Assembly (NCBI GenBank): GCA_965220085.1
Contig: CBDCOZ010000003.1
Span: 1,568,001 to 1,632,000 of the forward strand
DNA from: Candidatus Oxydemutatoraceae bacterium
Lineage (GTDB): Bacteria > Pseudomonadota > Gammaproteobacteria > Poriferisulfidales > Oxydemutatoraceae
Direction: 5' to 3'
Length of the DNA stretch: 64,000 nt
The position numbers and the translations under genes were made by a program. The notes below the pieces were generated by a model. That model was not told where the DNA came from, did not search any database, and saw only the letters and a list, made by a program, of their open reading frames with translations. This document shows, one piece after another, positions 30,120 through 41,749 of this stretch; position 1 is the stretch's first letter; every line of letters starts with the position of its first letter.

Positions 30120-30399
30120 GGAAAGCTACCCTCCCCTTCAATTTTTGTCCCGGCCTGAATACGACAACTCTGCGGGGCTCAATGGAAACCGGCTCGCCGG
30201 TCCTCGGATTGCGCCCGGGACGGGCCCCCTTGTCGCGTAACATAAAGTTACCGAAACCGGAAAGCTTCACACATTTGCCGCTTTCCAGTATTTCTACAAT
30301 TTCACTGAGGAAGATTTCAACAAACTCGTGGGACTCGCGATTACTAAGCCCTAATCTTTCATTCAGGTTCTTCGCCAAAGTTGCTTTAGTAACTGCCAT
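30076..30399 (-). CDS. ihfA: Integration host factor alpha subunit
   Basis: VKLSGFGNF...[10 protein letters not shown]...FRPGQKLK; follows pheT. Confidence 0.96.
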   Translation of the reverse strand: MAVTKATLAKNLNERLGLSNRESHEFVEIFLSEIVEILESGKCVKLSGFGNFMLRDKGARPGRNPRTGEPVSIEPRRVVVFRPGQKLKGRVAFHGGGEEQEQFSTDP

Positions 30400-30424
30400 C
30401 CTTCTGTCCTCTAAAATAGACTTT

Positions 30425-32788
30425 CTATTTTTCTCCTCTCAGAGTTCCTCCAAATTCATGTATTGCGCCGGTAATCTTTTCAATCAGCATATCGCTGTCT
30501 TTGCTTTCCATAGTGCGGTCCATATCTTGAAAAATTAATCCGATACCGACACTCTTATGCCCAGGCTCGACAGCTTCACCGCTAAATATATCAAATATTA
30601 TTATTTTTTGAAGCGCGGAGGAAGCCGCCGCTCGTATACATTTTACCAAATCATCAACCGAATGCTTAGCCGGTATGGAAACCGCAAGGTCCCGGCGGAT
30701 TGAAGGATAACTCGAAAGCGGCTTGTATTGCCGCGTTGCGAGCGCCGGTAACAGCGACGCGTCCAACTCAAACATAAATACCGGCATACTCATTTTGCGC
30801 GTCCGCTCCAACTGCGGAGCCAGTTGCCCTACGCAACCGAGTTTGACCGCGCCCAGCATAATGTCGGCACACTGTCCCGGATGAAATGCTTTGTGCGAGC
30901 CCGGCACAAAATTCGCTTCGTCAAACGGCGATAACAGACGTTCCACGTCGCCTTTGATACGGTAAAAGTCATAGGCTGCTTTGTCGACATGCCATTGCTC
31001 CGGCGCCACCGTACCGCATGCGACGCCGGCCAGAGAAAGGCGCTCATGCGCTTTCTCGCCTTCCTGCTCGAAGACATTGCCTATCTGAAACAATCGCACT
31101 CGTTCAAACTGGCGCCGCAGGTTGTGCGCAAGCGACTGCAATAAGCCCGGCAAAAGTGTCGCACACAACTCGTCCATATCGCCCGATATCGGGTTTTCCA
31201 ACGCCACCGCCCGGCGGTCGGAAAACAGCTTTTGTACGGCCCCATCGACCAGACTATAAGTCACCGCTTCGTGATATCCGGCGCCCATCAGATGCTGGCG
31301 CAGCTTTACAAAACCTTGCCGCCTGTGATGCTGCCGCGGCAGCCCTTCGAGCGACATGTGAAAATCTTCCGGAATCCGGTCGTAGCCGTACAGACGCCCG
31401 ATCTCTTCGACCAAATCTTCTTCAATGTTCAGATCAAAACGCCAACTCGGCGCTTCGCATTCCCATGCCCCGCTCGCCGATTCCAACTTGCAACCGATAG
31501 CGCTCAGGCTGCGTTCGATAAAATCCTCCTTGATGGCAATTCCAAGACGGCGTTTTACCGTATCGGCGGCAAGCGAAATTTTGGGGCGTTGCGGCAAGCT
31601 CTGATTATCTTTCGCACATACAACAGGACCGGGCGCGCCGCCGACCCACTCGCAGATTAAGCTCGTAGCTCGTTCGATGGCGCGTTGCGGCAAGCAAAAA
31701 TCAACTCCGCGCTCAAAGCGGTGCGCCGATTCGGTCTGGATGTTATGCGCCCGCATACGGCCGCCGATTACCCGCGGGGCGAAAAATGCGCATTCAAGAA
31801 TCGCCTCTGTCGTCCGCTCATCTACCGCGCTTGTCTCGGCGCCGACGACGCCCGCCAACGCCTGCGCGCCCTGATCGTCCCTGATAACCAGATCTTTTTC
31901 GCTCAGTTGCAATGGTTCTCCGCCGATAGCCGTCATCTTCTCGCCGGGTTGCGCATAGCAGACCCTCAGCGCGCCTTTGATTTTATTGCGGTCAAAAGCG
32001 TGCATCGGCTGCCCCTGTTCGAGCATGACGTAGTTCAAAATATCCACGACCGGATGGACGCTGCGAATACCGCAACGGCGCATCCTCTCGCGGATCGGAA
32101 ACGGTATCGGCGTCTTGCAATCCAATCCGGTCACGACACGCGAGACATAGAGCGGACAAGCCGCCGCTTCGACCACCGCGACATCGGCGCTTTGCTTGTG
32201 CCGCGCCTCCACCGCGGCGATATCCGATGCCCGCAGATCGCATTGATACAAGGCCGCCGCCTCGCGCGCGATACCGGCAATGCTGAAACAGTCCGATCGA
32301 TTGGGCGTCAAATCGAGTTTATAAATCATATCATCAAGCGATAGGTACTCTGCCAGCGCCATTCCCGCTCGCACCTCGCCGAGATCAAGCAGACCGGCCG
32401 AGTCTTCCGACAGTCCCAGTTCTTTTCCCGAACACAGCATGCCCTTGGACTCAACCCCTCTGATCTTTGCGCAACCGATCTTCTTATCGCCGAGTGTCGC
32501 GCCTTCCGGCGCAAACGGCGCGCACATTCCCACATAGATATTCGGCGCGCCGCATACGACCCTATGCATGCCTGCGCTGCCGGCATCGACCGTACACAGC
32601 CGCAAGCGGTCCGCATTCGGGTGCCGATCAATCTCTTCTATGCGAGCGGTAACCGCTTTTGATAGCGGCGGCGCGACAGCGTTTGCCGCATCCACTTCCA
32701 AGCCCGCCATCGTCAAACGCGCGCTCAAATCATGCGGATCGGGCTTTTGCCCCAACCATTCCGACAGCCATTCCAAGTTGAAATACAT
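30425..32788 (-). CDS. pheT: Phenylalanine--tRNA ligase beta subunit
   Basis: [37 protein letters not shown]. Confidence 0.97.
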   Translation of the reverse strand: MYFNLEWLSEWLGQKPDPHDLSARLTMAGLEVDAANAVAPPLSKAVTARIEEIDRHPNADRLRLCTVDAGSAGMHRVVCGAPNIYVGMCAPFAPEGATLGDKKIGCAKIRGVESKGMLCSGKELGLSEDSAGLLDLGEVRAGMALAEYLSLDDMIYKLDLTPNRSDCFSIAGIAREAAALYQCDLRASDIAAVEARHKQSADVAVVEAAACPLYVSRVVTGLDCKTPIPFPIRERMRRCGIRSVHPVVDILNYVMLEQGQPMHAFDRNKIKGALRVCYAQPGEKMTAIGGEPLQLSEKDLVIRDDQGAQALAGVVGAETSAVDERTTEAILECAFFAPRVIGGRMRAHNIQTESAHRFERGVDFCLPQRAIERATSLICEWVGGAPGPVVCAKDNQSLPQRPKISLAADTVKRRLGIAIKEDFIERSLSAIGCKLESASGAWECEAPSWRFDLNIEEDLVEEIGRLYGYDRIPEDFHMSLEGLPRQHHRRQGFVKLRQHLMGAGYHEAVTYSLVDGAVQKLFSDRRAVALENPISGDMDELCATLLPGLLQSLAHNLRRQFERVRLFQIGNVFEQEGEKAHERLSLAGVACGTVAPEQWHVDKAAYDFYRIKGDVERLLSPFDEANFVPGSHKAFHPGQCADIMLGAVKLGCVGQLAPQLERTRKMSMPVFMFELDASLLPALATRQYKPLSSYPSIRRDLAVSIPAKHSVDDLVKCIRAAASSALQKIIIFDIFSGEAVEPGHKSVGIGLIFQDMDRTMESKDSDMLIEKITGAIHEFGGTLRGEK

Positions 32789-32794
32789 CGCCTT

Positions 32795-33796
32795 CTAACT
32801 CCGAAATTGCGAAAGAAACGCCAGGTGGTTATCAAAAAGCAATCGCATGTCGTCAATGCCATATTTCAACATTGCGAGACGCTCGACCCCCATGCCGAAG
32901 GCATAGCCCGCATACCGCTCCGCATCCGTGTCGACCGCTTTGAACACATTCGGATGTACCATGCCGCAACCCATGACTTCAAGCCACCCGGCTTGCCCGC
33001 CTTCGCGACGAATGTCAATTTCAGCCGACGGCTCGGTAAAGGGAAAGTAAGACGGACGAAAACGTATCCGTATCTCCTCGCCCTCAAAAAACTCGCGCAA
33101 GAAGGCGTTCACGACGCCCTTGAGTCGGGCAAACGATACTTCCCGCGCCTCGTCCACCGCCAGCCCTTCAATCTGGTGAAACATCGGGCTATGCGTCGGA
33201 TCCAAATCACGACGGTATACGCGCCCGGGCACGATAATCCGAATCGGGGGTTGCGCGCTCCGCATCACCCTGATTTGAACCGGCGATGTGTGCGTCCGCA
33301 GCAACAGGTCGTTAGCCAAGTAGAATGTGTCGTGCATCGCCCGAGCCGGATGGTGCGGCGGTATATTGAGCGCTTCAAAATTATGGAAGCTGTCCTCCGC
33401 TTCGGGCCCTTCTTTGACTTCAAAGCCGATACGCGAGAATAATTCTTCGACCTCTTCTATCACCTGCGTAACAGGATGCGCGCAACCGACATCCTGCTCT
33501 TCTCCGGGCGCCGTCACATCGACCCGCTCGCTATCCAAGCGGTCGCGCAACTCAATCTCGCGAAGCGCTTGCCGCCGGCGCCGGATTGCATCGGCAATGG
33601 TGTCTTTCAGTCGGTTTGCGGCTTGACCGATCGCCGCTCTCTGATCTGCGGGCAATTGGCTTAAGGATTTCAGGCGTTCGGTAACGATACCTTTCTTGCC
33701 GAGATATTCAACCCGCAGGTTTTCCAAGTCTTGCGCATCGGCACACCGCTCTATCCGCGCGCATGCTTCCGACACAAGCCGTTCAAACTCAGTCAT
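32795..33796 (-). CDS. pheS: Phenylalanine--tRNA ligase alpha subunit
   Basis: HPARAMHDTFY, LRTHTSPVQ, RPSYFPFTEPS. Confidence 0.98.
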   Translation of the reverse strand: MTEFERLVSEACARIERCADAQDLENLRVEYLGKKGIVTERLKSLSQLPADQRAAIGQAANRLKDTIADAIRRRRQALREIELRDRLDSERVDVTAPGEEQDVGCAHPVTQVIEEVEELFSRIGFEVKEGPEAEDSFHNFEALNIPPHHPARAMHDTFYLANDLLLRTHTSPVQIRVMRSAQPPIRIIVPGRVYRRDLDPTHSPMFHQIEGLAVDEAREVSFARLKGVVNAFLREFFEGEEIRIRFRPSYFPFTEPSAEIDIRREGGQAGWLEVMGCGMVHPNVFKAVDTDAERYAGYAFGMGVERLAMLKYGIDDMRLLFDNHLAFLSQFRS

Positions 33797-33814
33797 GGCA
33801 TGTCACATGCGCGT

Positions 33815-34174
33815 CTAGCGCGCAAGCGCTTGCTTTGCTTTCTCGGCAATCTTGCCGAAAGTCTCCGAATCGGTAACCGCCAAGTCAGAAAGCATTTTTC
33901 GGTCTATCTCAATCCCGGCCTTGGCAATACCGTTCATCATGCGGCTATAAGATAATCCGTTCAAGCGAGCGGCCGCATTAATCCTGATAATCCATAAACT
34001 GCGGAAATTACGTTTGCGCTGACGGCGATCGCGGTATGCATACTGTCCGGCACGGATAACCGCCTGCTTGGCAACGCGAAAGGTGCGGCTGCGAGCGCCA
34101 TAATAGCCGCGGGCTTTTTTCAACACCCCTTTGTGCCGGGCGCGGGTAGTAACTCCTCTTTTAACTCGGGACAT
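33815..34174 (-). CDS. rplT: 50S ribosomal protein L20
   Basis: MSRVKRGV...[18 protein letters not shown]. Confidence 0.98.
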   Translation of the reverse strand: MSRVKRGVTTRARHKGVLKKARGYYGARSRTFRVAKQAVIRAGQYAYRDRRQRKRNFRSLWIIRINAAARLNGLSYSRMMNGIAKAGIEIDRKMLSDLAVTDSETFGKIAEKAKQALAR

Positions 34175-34186
34175 CGGCGAACCCTC

Positions 34187-34384
34187 CTATGCGTACGGCA
34201 ACATGCGGCGCACAGCGCGCGCATCATGAGAATGAACAGTCGTCGGCGAACGCAAATTGCGCTTGCGCTTGGAATTCTTTTTGGTCAGGATATGACGCAT
34301 ATGCGATTGCTTCCTGCGAAACGCGCCGCCGGCTGTTTTGCGAAAGCGCTTGGCCGCGCCGCGATTTGTTTTCATCTTAGGCAT
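34187..34384 (-). CDS. rpmI: 50S ribosomal protein L35
   Basis: [14 protein letters not shown]...HILTKK. Confidence 0.97.
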   Translation of the reverse strand: MPKMKTNRGAAKRFRKTAGGAFRRKQSHMRHILTKKNSKRKRNLRSPTTVHSHDARAVRRMLPYA

Positions 34385-34908
34385 TATCCTGTCGCTCTCC
34401 TCGGCGCCAAAACCATGACCATCTGCCGCCCTTCGGCGCGCGGCGGCTGCTCCACGACGGCTTTTTCGGACAAGTCATTGCGTACCCGCTCGAGAACGCC
34501 CAGCCCGATATCGCGGTGCGCCATCTCCCGCCCGCGGAAACGTAACACGACTTTGGTCTTGTCCCCATCGGCCAGAAACCGGGTCAAGCTGCGTAATTTG
34601 GTTTGATAATCCATCTCTTCTGTCACGGGTCTAAATTTAATTTCTTTTACTTGGGTGCGCTTCTGCCTCTTCTTCGCTTGCTGCACTTTCTTGCGCAGTT
34701 CAAACCGGAATTTGCCATAGTTCATTAAACGACAAACGGGCGGCTCCGTATTGGGCGCCAATTCAACCAAGTCGAGATCCTGCTTGGCAGCGGAAGCGCG
34801 CGCGGCCTCAATATTAACAATCCCCAAGTTATTGCCCGAAGCATCTATCAGACGCACTTTGGGGCAATCGATTTCGCCGTTCAGACGATTCTTCTTTATT
34901 GCTGTAAT
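34384..34908 (-). CDS. infC: Translation initiation factor IF-3 (ATT start)
   Basis: [27 protein letters not shown]; in-frame ATT at 34908 after GAGG, matching the known AUU start of infC. Confidence 0.95.
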   Translation of the reverse strand: MTAIKKNRLNGEIDCPKVRLIDASGNNLGIVNIEAARASAAKQDLDLVELAPNTEPPVCRLMNYGKFRFELRKKVQQAKKRQKRTQVKEIKFRPVTEEMDYQTKLRSLTRFLADGDKTKVVLRFRGREMAHRDIGLGVLERVRNDLSEKAVVEQPPRAEGRQMVMVLAPRRATG

Positions 34909-34912
34909 CTGA

Positions 34913-36817
34913 CTAACCTCTTGTCATTATGACTTTCTGCATTCTCTTAATAAGCTCCTCGCCGGGCATAACCCCCAAATCTTTTCCATCGAGTAATCTC
35001 ACCGCAACGGTTCCGGAGGCGACTTCCGCATCGCCCGCAACTAACATATACGGAACACGCTGCAAAGTGTGGCTACGGATTTTATATCCTATTTTCTCAT
35101 TTCTCAAGTCATAATTTGCCCGGATTCCTTCTCGCCGCAAGTTTTCCGTCAGTTGGGCGGCATATTGCGCCTGCTTGTCGGTAATATTCATCACGACCGC
35201 CTGTATCGGCGCCAGCCACAAAGGCAGTTTCCCGCCATAGTGTTCAATCAATATGCCGATAAACCGCTCCAATGAGCCGAGAATAGCGCGGTGTATCATC
35301 ACCGGCGGTTTCTTGCCGCCGTCCTCATCGACATATTCCGCGCCGAGCCGCTCGGGCATGGAGAAGTCCAGTTGAATGGTGCCGCACTGCCATTTGCGCT
35401 TTAAGCTGTCTTCCAATGTGAATTCAATCTTCGGGCCATAAAAAGCCCCCTCTCCGGGTTGCGTTATGAATTCCAACCGATGATCTTTTAACACGCTCTC
35501 CAAAATATTTTCGGCGGCATTCCACAGCCGGTCGGAACCGACATGTTCTTGCGGCTTGGTCGAGAAGGCGACTATCACGTCATGAAAACCGAAATCGCGG
35601 TAGGCGTTAAAAGTCATATCGATCAACTTGCTCAACTCATCGCGCAGTTGGGCTTCGGCACAGAAAATATGCGCATCATCCTGGGTGAAACGACGCGCTC
35701 TCATCAGACCGTGTAACGTGCCCGACGGTTCGTTGCGGTGCACGATGCCAAACTCGGAAATTCTATACGGCAAATCGCGGTAACTCTTTAGGCTCTGCTT
35801 GAAAATCTCAACATGCCCGGGGCAATTCATCGGTTTGATCGCATAGTCGCGCTTTTCGGACTCGGTTACAAATATCATCTCGCCGAACTTCTGCCAGTGC
35901 CCCGAACGCTCCCATAACGAACGGTCCAGCATCTGCGGCGTATGCACCTCGTAATAATCTCCCGCTAGCAACTGACGAATATAGTCTTCCACCGTGCGAT
36001 ACAGTGTCCAACCTTTCTCGTGCCAAAAAACCATCCCCGGCGCTTCCTGCTGGAAGTGAAATAACTCCAACTGTCTGCCGAGCTTTCTGTGGTCGCGCTT
36101 CTCCGCTTCGGCCAACAACTCAAGATACTCGTTCAGATTCTTCTGCGAATCCCAGGCGGCGCCGTAAATACGTTGCAACATCTCGCGGTTGTGGTCGCCG
36201 CGCCAATAGGCGCCGGCCAGACCGGTCAATGCAAACGCCCGCAGATGGCGCGTATTCGGCACATGGGGGCCGCGGCACATATCGATATATTCTTGATGAT
36301 GGTACAAGGCAACCGCTTCATCGTCGCCTATGCCTTGGGCGATCTCCACTTTATACGGCTCGTTGCGCCGCCGAAACACCTCTATCGCTTGCTCGCGCGA
36401 TACCGCCTCGCGCACCACCTCATAGTCTTTTGCCGCAAGCTCGCGCATACGCTCTTCGATAGCGCGCATGTCGTCTTCGCCAAAGTGTTTCTCACAGGCA
36501 ATGTCGTAGTAAAAGCCGTTCTCTGTCACCGGGCCTATCGACATTTGCGCATCCGGGTAGAGCTGCTTCACCGCGTGTCCCATCAAGTGGGCGAAGGAAT
36601 GGCGGATGATCTCAAGACCTTCGCGATCACGCGGGGTAATAATCCGCACCGCGGCATCGTGATTCACTTCGACGCACGCATCCACGAGTTTGCCGTCAAC
36701 ATCGCCGGCAAGCGCAACCTCGGCCAGACCGGGGCCAATCGACTCGGCGATTTGCATGACTGTCAACGGGCGGTCAAAGGCTTTGACCGAGCCGTCGGGA
36801 AGTTTGATTTGGGGCAT
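34913..36817 (-). CDS. thrS: Threonine--tRNA ligase
   Basis: TGS domain, DMCRGPHV, KPMNCPGH, HRAILGSLERF. Confidence 0.98.
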   Translation of the reverse strand: MPQIKLPDGSVKAFDRPLTVMQIAESIGPGLAEVALAGDVDGKLVDACVEVNHDAAVRIITPRDREGLEIIRHSFAHLMGHAVKQLYPDAQMSIGPVTENGFYYDIACEKHFGEDDMRAIEERMRELAAKDYEVVREAVSREQAIEVFRRRNEPYKVEIAQGIGDDEAVALYHHQEYIDMCRGPHVPNTRHLRAFALTGLAGAYWRGDHNREMLQRIYGAAWDSQKNLNEYLELLAEAEKRDHRKLGRQLELFHFQQEAPGMVFWHEKGWTLYRTVEDYIRQLLAGDYYEVHTPQMLDRSLWERSGHWQKFGEMIFVTESEKRDYAIKPMNCPGHVEIFKQSLKSYRDLPYRISEFGIVHRNEPSGTLHGLMRARRFTQDDAHIFCAEAQLRDELSKLIDMTFNAYRDFGFHDVIVAFSTKPQEHVGSDRLWNAAENILESVLKDHRLEFITQPGEGAFYGPKIEFTLEDSLKRKWQCGTIQLDFSMPERLGAEYVDEDGGKKPPVMIHRAILGSLERFIGILIEHYGGKLPLWLAPIQAVVMNITDKQAQYAAQLTENLRREGIRANYDLRNEKIGYKIRSHTLQRVPYMLVAGDAEVASGTVAVRLLDGKDLGVMPGEELIKRMQKVIMTRG

Positions 36818-36840
36818 CGGAACTTTATCTCATATAAATA

Positions 36841-36917
36841 AATGCACACGAACAACTCAGTTGTTCGCGAATAGTTTAATGCACACGAACAACACTCGGT
36901 TGTTTGCGGGTTGCTTA
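36841..36917. repeat. Two tandem ~37-bp hairpin units between tRNA-Val and thrS
   Basis: AATGCACACGAACAAC-TCA-GTTGTTCG and AATGCACACGAACAAC-ACTCG-GTTGTTTG. Confidence 0.8.
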
Positions 36918-36918
36918 A

Positions 36919-36995
36919 TGGTAGGCGCGATTGGATTCGAACCAACGACCCCCACCATGTCAAGGTGGTGCTCTAACCAACTGAGCTACGCGCCT
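36919..36995 (-). tRNA. tRNA-Val (GAC)
   Basis: AGGCGCGTAGCTCAG...TTGACAT...GTTCGAATCC...ACCA. Confidence 0.95.
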
Positions 36996-37077
36996 GTCAA
37001 ATAATCGGATTAATCAGCCGCTATTATAAGGCAAATATACCGGTCTTTGCGCAAAGAGTGCGGACACAATCGGCGCA

Positions 37078-39141
37078 TCACTTGAAAGCCCGTTCTTTGA
37101 TTGCTTTAATCTGATCGCGCAAGCGCGCCGCTTCTTCAAATTCAAGGTTTCGCGCATGACGGAACATGACATCTTCCATTTGTTTGATTTCTTCCGTCGC
37201 TTGCTGCGGTGTTAAATCGCAATAATCGGCGAGTTTCGCCTCGGCCACACGCCGGCGCTTTTTGCTTTTGGTCGCTTGCTTTGAATAAGCCCCCTCCATG
37301 ATATCGGCTACTTTCTTTTGCACCCCCTGCGGGCGGATGCCATGTTCGGCATTGAACAGGACCTGCTTGTCGCGGCGCCGGTTTGTCTCCTTCACCGCGG
37401 CGGCGATCGAACCCGTCTCTTTATCGGCGTACAACACCGCCTTGCCGTTGATATGACGCGCCGCTCTTCCGATGGTTTGAACCAATGACGTCTCGGAACG
37501 CAAAAAGCCTTCTTTGTCGGCATCCAATACCGCAACCAAAGACACTTCCGGAATATCCAGCCCTTCGCGCAATAAATTAATCCCGACCAGCACATCAAAC
37601 ACTCCCATCCTCAAGTCGCGGATGATCTCGACGCGTTCGACGGTATCTATATCGGAATGGAGATAACGCACCCTCACACCGTGCTCAAACAGATATTCGG
37701 TCAAGTCTTCCGCCATCCGCTTGGTCAAAGTCGTCACCAACACCCTTTCGTCGCAATCGGCGCGCCGATTGATCTCCTCCAGCACATCATCCACTTGCGT
37801 CGTCGCCGGTCTGATTTCAACTTCCGGGTCAATCAGCCCGGTCGGCCGCACCACCTGTTCGGCCACCTTGGCGCTGTGCTTGCGTTCGTAAGGCCCCGGG
37901 GTTGCCGAAATAAATACAATCTGCGGGGACAGGGCGATAAACTCCTCAAATTGAAGCGGACGATTATCCAGCGCCGACGGGAGACGGAAACCGTATTCCA
38001 CCAGTGTTCTCTTGCGCGCATGGTCGCCGCGGTACATGCCCATAAACTGCGGCACCGACACGTGACTTTCATCCATCACCATCATCGCATCCGGCGGCAG
38101 ATAATCGATCAGACACGGCGGCGGTTCGCCGGCCTCGCGCCCGGACAAATAACGCGAGTAGTTCTCAATCCCGCTGCAATAACCCAACTCGCTCATCATC
38201 TCCAAATCAAAGTTAGTCCGCTGCTCCAGACGCTGTGCTTCGACCAGTTTGTTCGCGCGAGTCAATGCGCCAAGGCGCTCGCTCAATTCTTTCTTCGCCT
38301 CTTCAATCGTATGCAGAATCGTTTCCCGCGGCGTCACATAATGTGTCTTCGGGTAGATTGTCAGCCGCGGCGCTTCGCGCAATGTCTCGCCGGTCAGCGG
38401 GTCAAAGTAGCCGAGTTTTTCTATCTCGTCATCAAACAGCTCAACGCGCACCGCTTCGCGATCCGACTCCGCGGGGTGCACATCGATGACATCGCCGCGG
38501 ACGCGAAAGCATCCGCGACGCAACTCCGTATCGTTGCGGGCATATTGCAGTTCGGCCAAGCGGCGCAGAATCTGCCGCTGGGTCGTGTGATCTCCGCGGT
38601 CAAGGTGCAAAACCATGCTCAGATATTTGCGCGGATCGCCCAGACCATAGATGGCCGATACGGTGCCGACAATAATCGCATCGCGCCGCTCAAACAGCGC
38701 TTTGGTCGCCGACAAACGCATCTGCTCAATGTGATCATTGACCGATGCATCTTTCTCTATATAGGTATCGCTGCTCGGCACATAGGCCTCGGGCTGGTAA
38801 TAATCGTAGTAGGATACGAAATATTCCACCGCGGCCGCGGGAAAAAAGCTTTTCATTTCGCCATATAATTGCGCCGCCAATGTCTTGTTGGGAGCGAGTA
38901 CGATCGTCGGTCGTTGGACCCTCTCAATGACATTGGCGACGGTAAAGGTCTTGCCGGAACCGGTCACGCCAAGCAGGGTCTGGTAGGCACAGCCTTGTTC
39001 AAGCCCTTCGACGAGCGCCGTTATTGCCTCCGGCTGGTCGCCCGCGGGCCGATAATTGCTCTCTAACAGGAAATGGGAACTATCCGCCGAACGCATCGGC
39101 GGCGGCTTATTATTTTTTTCTTTGCTTTCAATCATCAGCAT
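37078..39141 (-). CDS. uvrB: Excinuclease ABC subunit B
   Basis: [27 protein letters not shown]-terminal UVR domain; exact start uncertain. Confidence 0.98.
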   Translation of the reverse strand: MLMIESKEKNNKPPPMRSADSSHFLLESNYRPAGDQPEAITALVEGLEQGCAYQTLLGVTGSGKTFTVANVIERVQRPTIVLAPNKTLAAQLYGEMKSFFPAAAVEYFVSYYDYYQPEAYVPSSDTYIEKDASVNDHIEQMRLSATKALFERRDAIIVGTVSAIYGLGDPRKYLSMVLHLDRGDHTTQRQILRRLAELQYARNDTELRRGCFRVRGDVIDVHPAESDREAVRVELFDDEIEKLGYFDPLTGETLREAPRLTIYPKTHYVTPRETILHTIEEAKKELSERLGALTRANKLVEAQRLEQRTNFDLEMMSELGYCSGIENYSRYLSGREAGEPPPCLIDYLPPDAMMVMDESHVSVPQFMGMYRGDHARKRTLVEYGFRLPSALDNRPLQFEEFIALSPQIVFISATPGPYERKHSAKVAEQVVRPTGLIDPEVEIRPATTQVDDVLEEINRRADCDERVLVTTLTKRMAEDLTEYLFEHGVRVRYLHSDIDTVERVEIIRDLRMGVFDVLVGINLLREGLDIPEVSLVAVLDADKEGFLRSETSLVQTIGRAARHINGKAVLYADKETGSIAAAVKETNRRRDKQVLFNAEHGIRPQGVQKKVADIMEGAYSKQATKSKKRRRVAEAKLADYCDLTPQQATEEIKQMEDVMFRHARNLEFEEAARLRDQIKAIKERAFK

Positions 39142-39212
39142 AGTATGATACCGCCAGTTCGGATATTTTCCGCCCGATATAACATTCTATTTGCATATAT
39201 TTTTGACTGCCA

Positions 39213-40394
39213 GTGCCAATTTCTCTCTCTTCGCGTAGCCAAGAAGTCAGCCCGTCGCAGACGCTTAGCATCTCCGCGCTTTGTAACCGGCTTATCGCAC
39301 AAAAAAAAGATGTCATCAATTTGTCGGTCGGGCAATCGGATTTCCCGATGCCCGATCACGCCAAGCAAGCCGCAATTGAGGCGGTGCGCAAAAACATGAC
39401 ACGCTATACCGCGGTAGACGGCACCGCCGAACTCAAGCGCGCCATCGCAAATAAATTCAAACGCGAAAACAATCTGCGCTACGCCGATGCGCAAATTATC
39501 GCTTCAAACGGCGCCAAACACAGCTTGTCCCTGTTATGCCAAGCGTTGCTGAACGCAGGCGACGAAGTCATCATTCCGGCGCCGTTCTGGACGACCTATC
39601 CGGAAATCGTGAAGTTGGCGGATGGCAATCCGGTCGCCATCACAGCCGGCCTCGCACAAAATTTTAAGATCACCGCCGAACAACTGGAGGCGCATATCAA
39701 TGAGCGCACCAAAATGTTGCTGCTCAATAGCCCGAATAATCCCGCGGGGACTTGTTACACGGCGGACGAATTCGCCGCCATCGGCGCGGTGCTGGAGAAG
39801 CACCCCCGGGTCCTGATATGCAGCGATGATATCTACGAACACTTTGTTTTTGACAATCAGCCTTTCGTCAATATCTTAAATGTTTGCCCCGACCTTTGCC
39901 CGAGAACCATCGTCGTCAACGGGGTTTCCAAAGCGTATTCGATGACCGGCTTGCGTATCGGGTATGCCGCCGGCCCCGCGGAAATTATCGCCGCTATGAA
40001 AAAAATACAATCGCAGAGCGCCTCCAATCCCTGCTCCATATCCCAAGCAGCCGCGCGCGCCGCGCTGGAAGGAGACAACGACTTCCTGGCGGAAATACGA
40101 CAAGAATTCATCAAACGGCGGGACTTCTTGGTTGCGCAACTCAGGCAATTTAAGGGTGTTGATCTGGTCGTCCCCGCGGGAAGTTTTTATATTTTCCCGG
40201 ATTTTTCGTCTGCGCTGGATACTTTTGACCAAGCCTCCGACGATTTGACGCTGGCCGAATACCTGCTCAAAGAACTCTATGTTGCGACAGTCCCCGGCAT
40301 CGCATTCGGCATGCCGAATCACCTGCGCATATCGTTCTCGGTCGCATTTGATGCGCTGGAACGCGGCTGCGAACGACTCGCCAAAGTGTTCTGA
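39213..40394 (+). CDS. Class I PLP-dependent aminotransferase (aspartate aminotransferase-like)
   Basis: NSPNNPAG, SDDIY, NGVSKAYSMTGLRIGY. Confidence 0.93.
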   Translation: MPISLSSRSQEVSPSQTLSISALCNRLIAQKKDVINLSVGQSDFPMPDHAKQAAIEAVRKNMTRYTAVDGTAELKRAIANKFKRENNLRYADAQIIASNGAKHSLSLLCQALLNAGDEVIIPAPFWTTYPEIVKLADGNPVAITAGLAQNFKITAEQLEAHINERTKMLLLNSPNNPAGTCYTADEFAAIGAVLEKHPRVLICSDDIYEHFVFDNQPFVNILNVCPDLCPRTIVVNGVSKAYSMTGLRIGYAAGPAEIIAAMKKIQSQSASNPCSISQAAARAALEGDNDFLAEIRQEFIKRRDFLVAQLRQFKGVDLVVPAGSFYIFPDFSSALDTFDQASDDLTLAEYLLKELYVATVPGIAFGMPNHLRISFSVAFDALERGCERLAKVF

Positions 40395-41525
40395 TTATTT
40401 GCTCCGTAATTTGAATTTGGAGCGGTACCCTTCCATCAGATACGCCACACGCTGTTCGCGCTCGGGGCTGTCCGATGATCGCTTGGCCCGCCCTTCCGGG
40501 GCGGCGCCGACCTTTATCGTCTCAATAGCCTGATGCGCGCCGCCCCGCACTTCGCATTCAATCATAAATAATTTGTAGTTATCCGGCGGCGACACATCGG
40601 TGCAAGCGCGCAAATGCGGAAAATCAAAGTATTGATACACACGATAGTGTTCCCGTAACAGATCAAAATAGCGCGGCTCCCTCTCGTCGGTCATGATATA
40701 GAGCGTCGCGCCTTGTGGCAAAAAAGTTTGAAGGCGATCGAGGATTGCTTGCGGCGATGTGGCCTTGTCTATGGCGGGAATGCCTTCGGCGAACTCGCCT
40801 CGCCGAATGTGCAGGGCGTAGTATTTTTCCCCCAGAACGGCAATCACATCCTGTGCGGCTGTCTTTATATCTTGCGCCACCGGCAAATGAACGATGCAAA
40901 CCGGCCAATAGCGATAATGCAGCGATCTCGGCAGCGACATCAGCAGGCGCCTGACCCACGGACGGTTCAGGTTTATATTCCTATGTCTCGGGTAACGCAC
41001 TTTATTCCACCAATAATCGGGCCACCTGCACCGCCAGTTAGTCCACTCTGCGTTGAACGCATCGGCGCGGGCGATCAATTTATAGCGGCGGTTTTTCCTC
41101 AGGCTTATTCTGCGGTGCGCGGCGATTTGCGCGAACTCGCCTCGCGCAAAATTCAATCGTTGCGATTCATCGTATTCGATATATTTGAAGTCCCCGCCGG
41201 AGATGACCCGGTTCTTGAAAAAGCGCGCCGCCAACCCATCGTATCGCACGTGTATGCTGATCTTATCCAGATCGTAATAACACTTCCACGAAGACTCAAT
41301 CCTGTAATCGAGATTATGCGACGGTCGTAATATCGGCGGCAACAGAATCGGAATGCGGTCCAACATGACCGCCTCCTCTATGAACGCCTCCAGATTACGC
41401 GTGCAATGCGTCAAACCGCGCCCGATATCATCGTCTATGCGCGCATCTTTTTGCAGCACAAATGCGCCGTCATCGCCCGCTCCCGCCGAGTACGGCGTTG
41501 CCAAATATAAAAGGTATCTATCCAT
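40395..41525 (-). CDS. Putative GDP-fucose-dependent fucosyltransferase-like protein, paralog 1
   Basis: YYALHIRRGE and LYIMTDE resemble motifs I and II of the alpha2/alpha6/O-fucosyltransferase superfamily; clear paralog of 58883..60019. Confidence 0.6.
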   Translation of the reverse strand: MDRYLLYLATPYSAGAGDDGAFVLQKDARIDDDIGRGLTHCTRNLEAFIEEAVMLDRIPILLPPILRPSHNLDYRIESSWKCYYDLDKISIHVRYDGLAARFFKNRVISGGDFKYIEYDESQRLNFARGEFAQIAAHRRISLRKNRRYKLIARADAFNAEWTNWRCRWPDYWWNKVRYPRHRNINLNRPWVRRLLMSLPRSLHYRYWPVCIVHLPVAQDIKTAAQDVIAVLGEKYYALHIRRGEFAEGIPAIDKATSPQAILDRLQTFLPQGATLYIMTDEREPRYFDLLREHYRVYQYFDFPHLRACTDVSPPDNYKLFMIECEVRGGAHQAIETIKVGAAPEGRAKRSSDSPEREQRVAYLMEGYRSKFKLRSK

Positions 41526-41661
41526 GCCCGAAGGCTTTAACCGTAACTGTCATACAAACATCCGTATTCGCATACCGAATACGGCGCCAAAAGATAATAG
41601 TAGAAATGCTATGGCCGCTCAGTATAATGGGGTTTGGTTTCGATGAGAAGCCCTCTCCTGT

Positions 41662-41737
41662 TCCCCGGTAGCTCAGTTGGCAGAGCGGGTGGCTGTTAAC
41701 CACTAGGTCGGCGGTTCGAGCCCGTCCCGGGGAGCCA
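41662..41737 (+). tRNA. tRNA-Asn (GTT)
   Basis: TCCCCGGTAGCTCAG...CTGTTAA...GTTCGAG...GCCA. Confidence 0.95.
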
Positions 41738-41749
41738 CACAGAAAGCCA

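Noticed and set aside
34857-34908. Apparently truncated infC
   Set aside because: Explained by the known ATT start codon at 34908.
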